A stretch of DNA of 64,000 nucleotides. Source: Eledone cirrhosa (Eukaryota). The stretch covers positions 310,248,001-310,312,000 of the forward strand of contig OZ024740.1 in NCBI GenBank assembly GCA_964016885.1, given 5' to 3'. Under the pieces are notes generated by a model. The model was given only the letters and a program-made list of their open reading frames with translations. It did no database searches and was not told the DNA's origin. Both the position numbers and the translations under genes were made by a program. Below, piece after piece: positions 39,271-53,428 of this stretch. Position 1 is the stretch's first letter, and the number at the start of each line of letters is the position of its first letter.

Positions 39271-39716
39271 ATTATTTGGAATAAATTAATACAACTTAAT
39301 AATGTATCAGTATATTTTATAATATATAAATGTGTAAGCCTACCTATAAATTATTACAGTATAATGAATTTTAACATAAGTGTTTTTCAAAGTATATGGA
39401 GATAGTTGAATTTATTTGCTAAACGTCTGTTTAATATATATTTATCCCCTGAAATTATAAAAATTATGGCATCGAATGCAATAAGGCATCCCTATCAACT
39501 ATATTCAAGTATTTATTTTTATCAAGGTCAAATTGAGAAGTTGGATAACATATTAATTTTTAAAATCTATCATATAATCTGTATAAGTATTAATAAGGAT
39601 TCAGTATCAGGTTAAGCATTCGTTGAAGTAAAGATTGTTAGTTGACATATCTTTCTCTCATTTGCTCTGTATATATATATATATATATTACCACACTTAC
39701 TTCGTTATATATATAT

Positions 39717-39887
39717 ATAACGAAGTAAGTGTGGCAAGTAACCAGGTGGACCATAACGCACCAGTGTACTTGATACTTTGGGTAGTAGAGTGGGTAATAG
39801 GAAAAGTGTCTGGACCCTGACGGCTGTTCAGAACTAGCTGTCGAAACGGCCGGAGCTCAGCCGTCGGGGTCCTGACTCTTTTCCTAT
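39717..39887 (-). mobile_element. Family H copy D
   Basis: Same terminus and foldback ending TTTTCCTAT; an extra short inverted end piece at 39688-39706. Confidence 0.85.
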
Positions 39888-39900
39888 TTCATTGTTTTAA

Positions 39901-40005
<105 letters not shown>

Positions 40006-41559
40006 CATATGTACACATATTTATATATATATATGTCTGTGAACAAATGCTCATATGCCTATGTATTCTCATATCACTATAATCATTGCTATCGTCATTA
40101 TAAACATGAATATCATCATAATATTTTTTCACCATACCACAATCACCAGCAAAAGATCAATTACCTTATCAATTACGGTATCAACATTGTAATCGTCACG
40201 GTACGTGTCTTCTTCATCATGGACTTACTGGAAGTAATCAGTTACCTCTATTTAACTATCTTTACCAACACCATTGTAACCTTTCCCTTTATAATTACGA
40301 ATATTATGCACAATAATTATGACTGATACCACATAAACACCATCAAATAATCCTTTTATTTTCACCGGAAGTATAAGTAATACTTTAGATTCTCCGACGG
40401 TTTCGACAGAGATTATATAATATCTGGTATTGTCGTTGGATATTTCGAATTGCCCACTTATTATATTAAGATAAATGGCTGCATATTACTCATACACCCA
40501 ATTCTCAAGCCGATCCAATATGATACAATATGTGACAATATTGTAACTTTGAATTACTGATAAAATTTGTTTTTGGTGGGCTCAAACGCAAATTCTGTCA
40601 AATCAATTTCTCTCACATACTTCAGTTGTCAAGGGACCGTGCCTAGAGGCACATGTCCAATATGCTAAGAATTAGTATCAAAGACAAAACCACATGATTG
40701 CAAAATGAAATGTTAAAATCGCACGGCCATATTTGTATCCAAAACTAATAACTACACAATCATCAGGATCAAGAAACTAATTACAACTCCTGTTTTCTGA
40801 AGGATGATTGAATTATGTGGCGTGCAATGATAGAATGGTGAAATCAATGGTATTTAATTACAGTTCTTATTTTCACAGATCACATCCTAACAGATCCAAC
40901 TCTACCATACATATTACTGGTAGAGATAAATAAGTTAATAAATATTTCACAATCAAATCGAAAATATAAGATTGCTTGTATATCTCCGGGACAAATACAA
41001 TAATTGCTTAAGTGCTGACAGCGCTTCCAATTATGAGTTTAAATCACATTTAAATCACATTATGAGTTTAAATCACATTTAAATCAACTTTCACGTTTAT
41101 ATTTAGGTGTCTATGAAATCCTTTGAATACATATATGGGACTCAATTAATTAGAATTAGTAATTTCTCCGAAACTATAGACGTATGCATTGCGTTAATGA
41201 GATAGTTAACCTACTATCATTGATATCAGCCAGTAGATGTCATTATCGACACTTCATATAACTTTACTTCAATTGCAACAGTTTAAAATGTTGAAGGTAA
41301 AGACCAAAATACAACATTGATTGCAGTGCTAAGAATACCAAAATGAACCCCTTTAAAATATAAATTAAGATACATATTGCTGTAAATCATTTTATCAGCT
41401 CCATCTAAAATAAGATAGGATCATGATTATAATGACAAGGTTGGGTGTTATGCAAAACGCAGCGTTGCTAGGTACTGTGCACATTCCGAAGAAATTATTT
41501 TCTGTCTGATGTCCTTGTTGCGACTTAACAGATATCTAATTACCCCTGTGCAAAATCCA

Positions 41560-42990
41560 TCTTCAATGCGTGACAGAGTGATGATAATAATGTTCCCTAC
41601 TACAAAAGCACTCACTGGTGGCACCGGAAGGAGTTTGATAAGTGTGCCAAAGCCACCCTCAAGAAAAGAAAGTTGATAAACTCATATTTAGTCGTACTGG
41701 GTGCTGAAACAGACATCAAAATACCTGAACAGGAAATATCTAGTTATAATTCAAGACACCGGTATTCAACATGCAAGCAAGCATGAAACAAAAGGCAAGG
41801 ACGGAATTTTATAGGAACGTACGAGTAGTTTTAAAATCTGAGCTAAAGTCTCATAATAAGGTGTTAGCCATAATATCTTTAGCAGTTCCAGTTGTTTGTA
41901 ATAGCTTCAATGACTTGAAGTAGAATATGAGGGAAATCAAGAGAATTGACAAACAAGTCGTGACTTGCTGACTTGTGATAAGGTGCACCACCCAAAGCCA
42001 GATGTGCATCATCATTACCTTCCCAAACCTCAATGAGGCAGAGGCTCGACCAAGTTTGAACATCTTACAAAACCACCACAATTGAACTGGTCAAATATCT
42101 TGGAGCTACAAACGACTGGATGCTGAATCACGAGAGAAATAAGAAGCTACATTTGATTTGAAGGAGAGTATAAAATTTGCCCTCTGATCTCATGACTACT
42201 ATCTAGCAAGGCAGGCCGTAGGAAAGTGGCAACTGCTGTTGCAGAGTAAGTAGAATTAGTGGCTAAGTAAAAAGGACATGAACGATTAACATCGGGGCGG
42301 AGGACAAAGACCACTGCATGACAAATACCTGACAAACAAGCTGATATTAACCAGAAGCATACCTAGCAATGGCTACGTGGCTAAAAGCTAAAAGCAGTTT
42401 GAATGCTTCATGTTAGCTACCCAAGACCCAAACTCCGAACTATCAAGCCAATGTGATGGGAAATGGAGTTGCCGATTCTGCAATGATGAGATTAAAACAG
42501 TTGACCACCTAATCTCTGGATGTAAAGTTTAAGCACCAGTAGAGAATAAATCAAGGCCTGTCAGACTAGGTCAGAATCTACACTGTTTAGTGTGGCCTTG
42601 TTATGAAATCAAATCTCCTGACAAATCACCCTGTGTCTGTAACTGAGGGCAAAATATAACGATTCTTTGGGACTTCCTTTTACATACAAACAGACCCATC
42701 ACAGTTAACAGACCCATTATGGTTATAAAATACCCCAATAACATAGTATGCTTATTCATTGATATGAGAAGCCCGTGTGATCACAATATTGCGAAAAATA
42801 ATCTTACAAGCTCAGAAAATATAAAGATTTGCTGATTGAGATTGAAAAAGATTGTGGTTGTAGGAGCACTAGAAATGATCAAAAAAAGGAAGAGAAAATT
42901 ATTCTAGAATAATCCTTATTTTGCCATCATTGCAGGTAGAGCAAAAATGTATTTCAACAGTCACAGCGCACATACATAGAAGATCTATAA
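41560..42990 (+). mobile_element. R4/Dong-like LINE 3' fragment, decayed
   Basis: CRFCNDEIKTVDHLISGC zinc knuckle; ILWDF..TNRPITVNRP RLE motif. Confidence 0.72.
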
Positions 42991-44576
42991 AATTTTATTT
43001 TTTTTAACTCAGATTTTATTCCATATTTATGTAAGTTTCAAATAATCGAGCACTCTCATATTGAATATAATTTTGTTGTAAATATGATTTTAAACAGATA
43101 ATGGCCATACATATAAAGCAAATGATATACTTGTAACTGTGTGACGTACGTGACGTAAACAATCTGGTGTGTTTAACTTGTGGCCTACCAATATATGCGG
43201 GTAATTTTCTCTATCCGAAATGTCGGGAGGACACTCGGGTTTGAAATTGAAACAAAACTGGAAGGAAAAGGAAAATCACAATAATAATTCTGATTTCTTC
43301 TAACTACTATAATAATAAGAAGAATGAGAAGGAAAAGGAGCAGCAGTAGCAGAGTGCATTTCCTTAATAGATATTTCACTCGCATTAGAAAATATGATAG
43401 CTAAACAAAGCATTTTTCATACCCAAGGCACACTGATCTGCCCACGAAAATGCTGTCAAAGAACGCAATAAAATGAGAAATCTGAATATATTAACATATG
43501 CTGCCAACCAACGAATGCCATAACTCATATTCTACGCATTTACCACCGAATAATATATACAATTCACGTAGTACATACAACACTCAATCATTAACGAACA
43601 CTAAAACATACAGCAAAACTCTTAACACATGAACAAATCATAATCAAAATTTAACACTATGAAAGAACTCACATCCATATCGAACACGGCAAACAGAGAA
43701 AACACAATATATCACCAGAAGCACCATCAAGTCTGCAGAGGAAAAAAGTAGATATAGCACACGATCTCAATTCTACATTACCCAAATGTAACAGAAATTA
43801 ATAATTATTGCACAAAAGTTGAAAGGGAAATACTAGAGTCCATTAAAACAAACTATTATATAGGCCTCGCAATACTTTAATCTCTCCCATTTGAAAAGAC
43901 ATAGTTTGATTTAGCAATGTTTACATTTCGAACATAAAGGGACGTCAGTAATGCTACAATTCATGCTTATATCTAACACTGGATGTTTTCTGCAATACGC
44001 TATTGTGGTACATTTTTGTAGTAAATAGAATAGATTAAAGATATGTCTGATAAATGGTAGTTAAATCTCTATTGTGAACATCTTTCTGATTTGAACACAG
44101 ATCGTAAAGTGATGGAAATATACAACAAGTTTATCAGAATAGCGTGTTTCTCCTTCTGTGAAGTCACTCATCTAACACAATAAGAACAATATAATGATTG
44201 GGATGATGGTAATGTTAGTAATTACTATTTTTTGGCAAAAGGACAAAGCACGTTTTGAAAAGGCGCAACAAAGTCACAAATTAATAGTGAACAGTTATTC
44301 ATAAGTCTATAAGTTCGCGGATTTAACCTCACTTAAGCTTCATCAATTTTTACGACGTACAATTACTGACAAATGTTCCCTTAGTAAATATAATATTTGA
44401 AATTTCTGGCAAATAATAATAAAGATGGTCGATGAACTGAAGAAAGTAACTATTTCAACTGGAAATCCACTATGATCCGTGAATATGTTTGGTGAATATC
44501 TTACTGCTGCGATATCACGACTACTACGTAACCAGCGTTTAAGTGATTCTCATAGACTCCACGTTTATCGTAGGAG

Positions 44577-44868
44577 TAATAATTGTTTCTATTTTAGGCA
44601 CAAGGCCAGCATTTACCAGTACATGACTGGTACTTTATTTTATCGACCCTGTAAGGATGAAAGGAAAGTTAACCTGCGCGGGATTTGAACTCAGGCCGCA
44701 AAGGGACGTGACTATGCTGGAAGGCATGGCGTCCGACCCTCTACCGATACTGCCAATCCATCGTTATCATTTCTAACGCTGGCATGATGCAGAAGTGAAT
44801 AAAAATGATATAGCTAATAACATAACACTGCCGATGATACCAGCCGCAAGCATTAATAGATAATGATG

Positions 44869-44918
<50 letters not shown>

Positions 44919-45100
44919 TGTTTCTACTTTTGGCAGAAGGCCAGCAATTATCCCAGTGTATTACTGGTACTTTATTGTATCGATCCCGTAAGGATGAAAG
45001 GCAAAGTTAACCTCGGCGCGATTTGAACTTAGTCCGCAAAGGGACGTAACTGCGCTACAACGCATGGCGTCCGACCCTCTACCGATACTGCCAATCCACC
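44577..45100 (-). mobile_element. Two SINE copies (44577-44760, 44915-45100) separated by (AAT)n
   Basis: Full motif sets. Confidence 0.9.
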
Positions 45101-45109
45101 AATAATAAT

Positions 45110-46650
45110 GAAAGGAATTGGCAGAAAAGAGCACTTTCGAAGATTGAGGACGATCTTCAATTTCGGTTTGAAAGGCGGAAATACTGTGCAGGCAACACTA
45201 GAGCTGTTTCAACAATTAGTTATGATGCAGGTATAGTAGAATGGACGAAGGTAGAGTGGAAGTAAATTAATCGAAAGACTTGGAACATGTTTACTATCTT
45301 TTGAAGTATGTACCCATAAGAGAATGTAGACACGCTGTATTGGAAAAGAAAGGAGAGACGTAGAGGATTGCTGAGCGTACAGGTTATTGTCAAAATAGAT
45401 GAAACTTTTATGAGCTTTTACATAAAAATAAGGAAGAAAAGCTGCTATTAGAGATAGTCATTGAAGGCATATATGAGAAGTATTTGATGAAAGGCATTAT
45501 TTAAGGGAACAAGAAACCTGTGTGTTTACAAAATTACTTGGTTATGGTTACCGAAACGGTATATTAAGAAGGAAATAGAAGGATTTATATTAGCAGCGCA
45601 AGATAAATCCTTAAGAACACGATGCGTACTGAAAAGCAAAGAGAAGAAAGATGTTGAAACTAAATGCAAAACTTGTGAAGAGAAAGCGGAGACAGTTGCT
45701 CATATCATTTCATAGTGTAAGTAATCACTGCGGTCGTACCCTTGGCAGTAGAGACTTCTGGTGTCCTCGGCCCTAGGGCTATCTCTCTACTCACCACCAT
45801 AGGCGCTGAGCTGGCCAGCCGCAGGTGTGAGACTAATGAGTTGGAATGGCTCTTCCAGCGCATCGCACTTACCATCATCCGGGGAAACACCTTCTAAATT
45901 CTGTCCGCCGGGGCTGTGGGGAGGCCATCACTATGATTACTTAACCCTTTCATTACCATATATCTCTTTCACATTACGATATATTATGCAGTGTTTATAA
46001 GTTATAATTACAGATTATTAAAAAAAGGTAAATATGATAAAGGGATGATCCTGTTACACTGGGGTTTGTGTAAAAGTATGGATTTCCATGTGTAAAAAAA
46101 AGCTATGAAAATGGTGTAACAAATGAGATAAGAGTGCTAAAGAACGATAAGATGTTGACTTATTTGACTTCCCAATTCAGTTTGAGGTAAACATTGAGCA
46201 CAACGAATCAGATATTGTCGTAATTGAGAAGGAGGAGAGAAATTGTGCCCTCATAGATATAATGTGTCCATTTGACACAAGAATTGAACGAAAAGAGATG
46301 AAACTAGGGGATTATACTGACCTAAAATATGAGGACTTGAAATTCTTGATTAATGAAAAGAGGAGAGTCTCTATTGGTGATTGGTGCTCTTGTCATGGCG
46401 ACAAAGAACATTGGAAACTATTTGTCAAATATATAAAAAGTAGACTTTTTCACAGCGACTGAACCGCTCCAGAAGAATATGCCTACTGGGAACATCCCAA
46501 ATATTGAGAAAGGTTCTGGACTAACAGTAGTAGTAAAATGACAAGGAAGGAAATGAAAAGGCCGAAGTTACCTTAGGCTATTAGTTGTAGCCCGGTATTC
46601 CCTAAACAATCGACCCGAAGCAACATGATAGTTGGTCGTAATAAATAGTC
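45110..46650 (+). mobile_element. R4/Dong-like LINE 3' fragment ending in (AAT)n, interrupted by a CRE fragment
   Basis: RRLRTI..LKGGN..NTRAV..YDAGIVEW; EGFILAAQDKSLRTR; CKTCEEKAETVAHII; LIDIMCPFD. Confidence 0.8.
45720..46027 (+). mobile_element. CRE-clade 3' fragment nested in the Dong-like element
   Basis: VVPLAVETSGVLGPRAISLLTTIG..LASR..E..WLFQRIALTIIRGN; short A tail. Confidence 0.75.
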
Positions 46651-46667
46651 AAATAATAATAATAATA

Positions 46668-46859
46668 ATAATTGTTTCTTCTTTTGGCACAGGGCCAGCA
46701 ATTAACCAGTGCATTACTGGTACTTTATTTTATCGACCCCGTAAGGATGAAAGGCAAAGTTAACCTTGGCGGGATTTGAACTCAGAATGGAAAGGGCTGT
46801 AACTCTATGCGCCAAAGCATGGCGTCCGACACTCTACCGATACTGCCAATGAACCGCCA
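46668..46859 (-). mobile_element. SINE flanked by (AAT)n
   Basis: Full motif set. Confidence 0.92.
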
Positions 46860-47169
46860 ATAATAACAATAATAATAATAATAATAATAATGATTTCATT
46901 TATTAGCCACAAGGGCCGACATGTAGGGGACAATACAAAGACAGGGACAGTGGGGGTTTACAATAAGGTCGATAAAAGTGCACAATGGCAGGACTAATTT
47001 AACAATGAAAATATAAAAATATAAAATAAACTATGCATAAATATAACAAAATAAATTCCCCGATAGGGGGTGGATGACCCTGGGGTGATTCGGGTACCCC
47101 ACCAATCCTTAACCACCCTGCGCTTCTAGGGCAACCAGGGAGACCACCCCTATCCTTAAGTTAGCCAGC

Positions 47170-50100
47170 CTATAGGCGCATGGTCAGAGTAGGCCCATTC
47201 ACACGAGCCATTCTTGCCACATTCACCCACCTTTTAGCAAATGTACTGGGGGACAGCACTTCTCTCTCCACCCTCACCCTCCTTTCCAGGTGAAACTTGA
47301 AGAAGTTGATGAGGGATTGGCCGAAGAGAAAAGTGTCTGTCTTTAGTCCTTTCAACCTGGTCCACCATATAATCTCTTTCGCAACTGCCACCAGACAGAG
47401 GAAAATTTCCTGCTCTTCCTCACCTAAGGAAGGTGGCGGCTCGATCTTCACTATGAACTCGGCCGATAGCCGGATTCGTTCCACACGCGACAGTAGCTGT
47501 TCGACCTAACTCCACAAGTCAGTAATGCACGGACATTGGACAAGTGCGTGCAGAACGGTTTCGTCGTTCTGTGCGCATCTTGGGCAGGTCCGTCTGACAG
47601 CACTTCCGTGCCTGTAGAGTTTATCCCGAACCGGCAGTGCCCCCCCCCCCCCCCCGGTAGCACTGCCAAGCGAGGGATTTCTGGAAATTGTCCATCGTCC
47701 CCGGCTCAAAAGTCCTCCGGTACAGACTGGTCAGTTCGACTTCGTCGAGGCCCAAAGTTTCTCCGAGTGCGTCATCGCACTTGCCCACCACTAATCCTCT
47801 ATAGAACTCGAGAGTGGAAGTTCCACTGATCGCATTGCCCGCTTGGTAGAGGGCAGTGAGTGCCTGGCAACATTCCAGGTGCCAGTCACCCAGTCTCGGT
47901 CTCTTCTTGACCCAGGACTGCAGCTCAGTCAAAGAAATGAGCTGCGGAAAGGCCCGTCTGATAAACGGCGACCACACCTGTTCACCATTGAGGTAGAATA
48001 TCTGCAGATGTCTCAGCCTCAACGCATGTCTGCGCATCATTAGTCACGTCATACCCAGCCCTCCGCGTAGAGGGTGCTGGCAGCAGATGGACCGCCTCAC
48101 CAACGGAATTTGTCCCATCCACAAGAATTTGAAGAGGAGCCGTTCCAACTTGACGAGGCGCGGACGGGGGCAAGGCACGACGGTTAGGCGGTAGTAGATG
48201 ACGGACGCGATGTACGCATTCCCCACCTCCGTGCGACCTTTCAGTGATAGCTTCCTCCCAGCCCATTTTTGGGTGAGACCGGCTACTCTGCTCGTTACCT
48301 CGTCCCAACTCTTTTCCACCTGGAGGTCTGGTCCGAACCAAACCCCGAGCAACTTTACTGGTCCGTCCGTCCAGCGCCCCACGACGCTGTTGGACGGCAT
48401 GGGCTTGCCTCTCCAGGTTCCGAGCTATGTTTGGCTCCTGTCACACCTTTCATATTCCTTCAATAAGGGGCCGACCACCTCGATTTCTGAGGTGTTCGAC
48501 ACCATCACGGTGATGTCGTCCGCATAGGCCGACACCGCCTTTCCACGTCCCGGTTCGAGCGGGATGCCCTGCAACAGCTCCAGCTTTCGCAGTAAAGGCT
48601 CGAGAGTCAATACGTACAGAAGGGAAGAGAGAGGGCACTCTTGACGTACCGATCGGGAGAGCCGAAATGGTTCCGAGAGGTGGCCATTAACCTTGACCAC
48701 CGAGCGTGTGCCGCTGTGCATTGCAACGATCCAGCTTCTAAAGCCAGGGCTTTGAGGACAAACTCCAGATACCGATGGTCGACCCTATCGAATGCTTTCG
48801 ATTGATCTAAATTGATCAGTACCCCACCGAATCCAGGTTTACACCCTACCCTCTCTATGATGTATCGCATGAGGTGGAGATTGTCGTGTATGGACCTGGC
48901 TGGGATTGCGCCTCCCCAACCAAATCCTCGACGACAAGCGCCAATCTCTTTGCTAACACCTTGGCCAACATCTTAAACTTTGTGTTGAGCAGAGTTATGG
49001 GCCTGAAGTTGTCTAATGTATCCCTCTTGTTCTCGTCTTTCCTTATCAGCGTCACCACTCCCCTGCTCACAGAACTGGGAATACTCCCATTCTGCTGCCA
49101 GTTGCAGTAGAGTACTTCGAGGAGTTCGGAGAACAAGTCTGGCATATTTACGTAAAGCTCGCTAGAGCAGGCCATCCAAACCGGGTGACTTGCGCCTCAT
49201 GCAGCCGACAGGGGCGTCCTGAATTTCGGCTGAAGTAATCGGCCTTTCGCAGCGCTCAGCGTCGACCGTCGAGATGCGCGGCAAGCCGTCAAGGTAGGGA
49301 CTGAAATCCGCTATTCTCTCTGACTCGCCACTCTCCCTGAACAACCGAGCAAAGTGCTGGCGAAAGGCCTCACACATCCGCTTGGAATCGCTTATCTCGT
49401 GTCCGTCTCGGTCCGCCAAAGACCGAATTGTGGTTTTATTACCACGCTGCGCCTCCGCCACGAGGGCCCATCGAACAGCTTTAGTTCCCTCGTTTCTCAG
49501 CGCACGCGCCTTAGCTCTGACAATGCAACCTTCGTGTTTGGCATTGAAGAAATGGTCTAATGCCATTCTCGCCGCTAGCACGTCAGTTGCGATGCCACTA
49601 CAAATAGCCTCGTCTAACTTATCTACCAGCTCCCCCTCCTTTCTATTTTTCTCTAACGCTAGTTCTTTGCTGAACTCTATCAAAGTTACTCTAATCTCTC
49701 TTTTGAGAGCCTCCCACCACCTGTTGTTGATTATCCCCCCTGTCAACTTTTGCTTAACTAAATTGTAGACCGTCCCTGTAAGCCTTACGTGCCGGAAATG
49801 ATATGTTCAGCTTCCAGTAACCCGGTCCTAACCTACGCGTTTTATTTAGGTCGACCGTACAGATCACAAATTTGTGATCTGAATAGGCGACCGTTTTAAA
49901 AAGTGGACAGCCCACACTATTTCTATCTATTTTCCTAATGAAGATCCTGTCTATATACGATCTAGATGACCCCATTCGGTTGGTCCATGTCCATACTGGC
50001 ACATTGGGGAAATCTAGTCTATACCTGTCAGACAGTTGGAACTGGCTGAGTAGGTGCTTGAGGCTTTTGCACCCCCCGCTCCTATTGGCTACTCCCACAC

Positions 50101-50553
50101 AATCCCAGCGTGCGTCTAAGATGCCATTCCAGTCCCCCGCTAACAGTAAAGGGCGAGACGTAACCAGAAAGGTCTCCAGGCGCCTAAAGAAGTCAGGTCG
50201 TCCGGCCCCTGTAGGGGCGTAGACGGCCAGCAGTCTAAAGGCACCACCTTCGCTACTGCTCACATCCAAGACCACCAACTTACCGTCCGGGTCCCGGAAG
50301 ATCGACCTTACCTCGAGATCCAGTCCTTTCCTTAACAGCACTGCCACCCCACCGCCCATTCCCGGCCTGCTAACAGATGCGAAGATCTGATAGTCGTCGA
50401 AAATGGGGGCTAGTGCGCGCATGTCGGAAATTCTGGTCTCGCTTACGGCAATCACATCCATTTCCAGTGACCGGAGGTCGTTGAGCAGGCGACCCTGCTT
50501 CCAGGTGACCCCAGGCCGCGAACATTTAAACTTCCTACTCTTAATATGGCCAT
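47170..50553 (-). pseudogene. ORF2: APE endonuclease, RT and zf-RVT; frameshifted
   Basis: SLNVRG, AVSET, AVYAP, AGDWN, SYIDR, YSDH; KSPGLDGL, NFRPITLLN, LDQSKAFDRVDH, SVRQECPLS, YADD; CPRC..ETVLHALVQC. Confidence 0.93.
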
Positions 50554-50562
50554 ATTGGTAAG

Positions 50563-52148
50563 CTAAGAGAGAGAGAGGGAAAGTTTACTTACCTCCCGGG
50601 TCTTGTGAAGGTCGGGTGGTTCGACCTCCATGGTTGGTGGGGTTTCTTTTGGGAACCCCTTTAAAAGTCTTGATGTGGGTTTCACATTCGGGGTGCCCAC
50701 GTCTTGAGGAAAGCTCTCTCGAATTTTTTTGAAGGAATTGAGTGACATTCGGACCAGAAGCAAATCTTCTGGCACGCAAAATGTGCTCATTTCAAAAATC
50801 TCCCCCTCTGTTTGAATGTCCTCGCTTCGGGCTAAGAGGGCCATCAGTTTATCGTTGGCCCTTCTGACAAGCACGAAGTTTTTTACATTTTGTTGGTGTG
50901 GTTTTATTTGTTTTCGTTTTGGTGAAGGTGGTGGCGATGGTTTTGGTGGTGTTGTTTCGGGTATGTCTATGTTTGTTGTAGGTGAGGTGTCTGCAATTTC
51001 AGGTATTTGTGTGTTTATTCGTACTTGTGTTTGTTTAGGTTGTTTGCGTTTCGGGGATTGTGGAGGTGGTGTCGATGTTGCTGTTGGTGATGATGTTATT
51101 GGGAAGAGTTTGCGTTAGTGGTGACTGTATTTTTTGTTGTGTTTTGTTGGGGCTTTTTTTTTTGTGAGTTTTCTCTGATTTTTTGCACTTTTGGGTTTTC
51201 CTTCATCTTCGCTGCTGGAAGACAAAGGGTATGTGTCTGTGAGTGTCTCTGTGTCTGTGTGTGCGTTTATTGTCTTGTCTATGTGTATAATTGGGGGGTA
51301 GGGGGAGTGGGAGAGCTTTCCTCGTTTTCTCCTTTGATTGGTTTTGGTGTTGGTGGTGCTCCGGCTGCTTTTGATGTTGGTGTCCGTGTTTTTGTTGATG
51401 TTGGTTTTGGTGGTGATGGTGGTGCAGCTTTCCGTGCTGACACTGGCGTTGGCAACAAAGGAGGTTTGCGACCCCCTGCATTTTTGCGCTGAGGGCAGAA
51501 GGCTTGAAGATGCGTTGCTTCCTCGCAGACGAAGCAGCGTGGCCTTCTTCCGTCAATCATTAGTTGGATTGTTGTCCCGTCCTGCAGGCGGGCAAAATTC
51601 GGGATGTTATTCATATCCTCCGGTTTCATTTGGAGAAGAATCTCCAAATCCATTCCGGACCAGTCCTCTCTCTCTGTCCTTTTGATGTCCAGGAGGGTAG
51701 TGTCTGTCCCCTCCTCGATTACGCATCCCAGCAGCCACCATATGTTCATTCCTGGTGGGATGCTGGGAATGCGTACCTTCACTGTCCTTTTACCCATATA
51801 AGACGGATGCATGATAATGCGTTCCGTTCTGCAGGGGGTCACCGAGTGCTTAATAGCGAGGGAATCGGTTTTGAACAGTACCGAGATGGTACCGAACTGT
51901 TTGCCTCTTGCTTTGTACTCTATGTTACTTCCGATGTACTCCAAAGCAGCCTCTACCTCTGCTTGGCTCGCAAGTTCCACTTTTCGTGTCTGCACCGAAA
52001 TACATCGAAAGAACACCGTCCTCCTTTGCATGGCCGCTATTGCCTCGTCCGGGATGGTCAGGTTTGCCCAGGACTTCTCCCGTTTAATTAGCCTCCACGC
52101 TTTGGCCAACTGTTCGTCTTTATCGCTAATATCAATATCAATATTCAA
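50563..52148 (-). pseudogene. ORF1 (gag-like, CCHC knuckle, Pro/Thr/Lys-rich region); open 51279-52148, then frameshifted
   Basis: GRRPRCFVCEEATHLQAFCP (CX2CX4HX4C). Confidence 0.82.
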
Positions 52149-52247
52149 TAAGCGCTTTGTTTTTGCTGCTGCTGCTGCAGCAGATGTGGTGTTTCTGATG
52201 CTCTTATTGTTGTTGTTGTCATTCTTGCTGTTGTTATTGGTATAATA

Positions 52248-52423
52248 ATAATTGTTTCTACTTTTGGCACAAAGCCAGTAAAACCCAGTACATTACTGGT
52301 ACTTAATTTTATCGACCCCGTGTGGATGAAAGGCAAAGTTAACCTCGGCGGGATTTGAAATTAAATCATAAAGGGCTGAAACTCTATGCTGCAAAGCATG
52401 GCGTCCGACTCTCTACCGATACT
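52248..52423 (-). mobile_element. SINE
   Basis: Core and tail motifs. Confidence 0.9.
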
Positions 52424-52680
52424 ACTACTACTACTAGTACTACTACTAATAATAATAATAATATACCATTTCCCCAGTTAGTATACACATGTATATTAAA
52501 TTATATTCTCCGCTAGTCTCGACATTGAGCATTCACTTGTTCGACTAACTAGATCCGTGTTCGTTTAAACTTAACTGAGCAAAATTGAATATCTTTAGTG
52601 TGGATCATAGAATTAAGGCAGTGTTAAAATGGAAGGAGAGGGATTAGGGAGAGAATTGTGTGTGTGTGTGAGAGAGAGAG

Positions 52681-52827
<147 letters not shown>

Positions 52828-53347
52828 GAGAGAGCGAAAGGGAATATAGAAAGTATCAAAGGAAGATAAAATGAAAGAGGGAAACAATGTATCAAAACGA
52901 GTATATTTCTCCACTTCAAAGTGTTGCAAGTCAAAATTGATGTCGCCGAAATTTGAATATAAACTAAGAGAACACGAAATAAGGCCACAAACCTTTCTAT
53001 ACCTCAACAATACTACTGAAATATTTGCCGCCTTCAGTAACACAATTACACCTGGGTATCGAAGCATATGAAAGCATATATCAACTAATATAATAGCCTT
53101 GTGTATTTGCCGTCACGCACTAGAGATGACTGAAGTAGGAAGAGGTGATTACGTCGACTGAGAAAGGAAAGGGTATCTAATACACATACATATATGTGGT
53201 GAACGTGGAAGGGGGTGGCGTTCTAAGTTTCGTCACAATTGTATGTTTGTAGGTTTGTATCACTTGTGTGAGTGAGCGTGAAGGAACAACCCAACTAGCA
53301 GGGAAACAAACACCTCTTTTTTATATTATGTATAGATATTACAATTA

Positions 53348-53379
53348 GCCGTCATTTTTGACGGCACGGGACCAGCTAG
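53348..53379 (+). mobile_element. Helitron-like 3' terminus
   Basis: Hairpin GCCGTCA-tttt-TGACGGC, 10 nt, then CTAG followed by T. Confidence 0.6.

Positions 53380-53424
<45 letters not shown>

Positions 53425-53428
<4 letters not shown>

Larger units (their letters stand above)
46890..52242 (-). mobile_element. Near-full-length Tx1/L1-clade LINE with (ATT)n tail
   Basis: ORF1, ORF2 and 3'UTR are colinear; multiple frameshifts. Confidence 0.92.
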
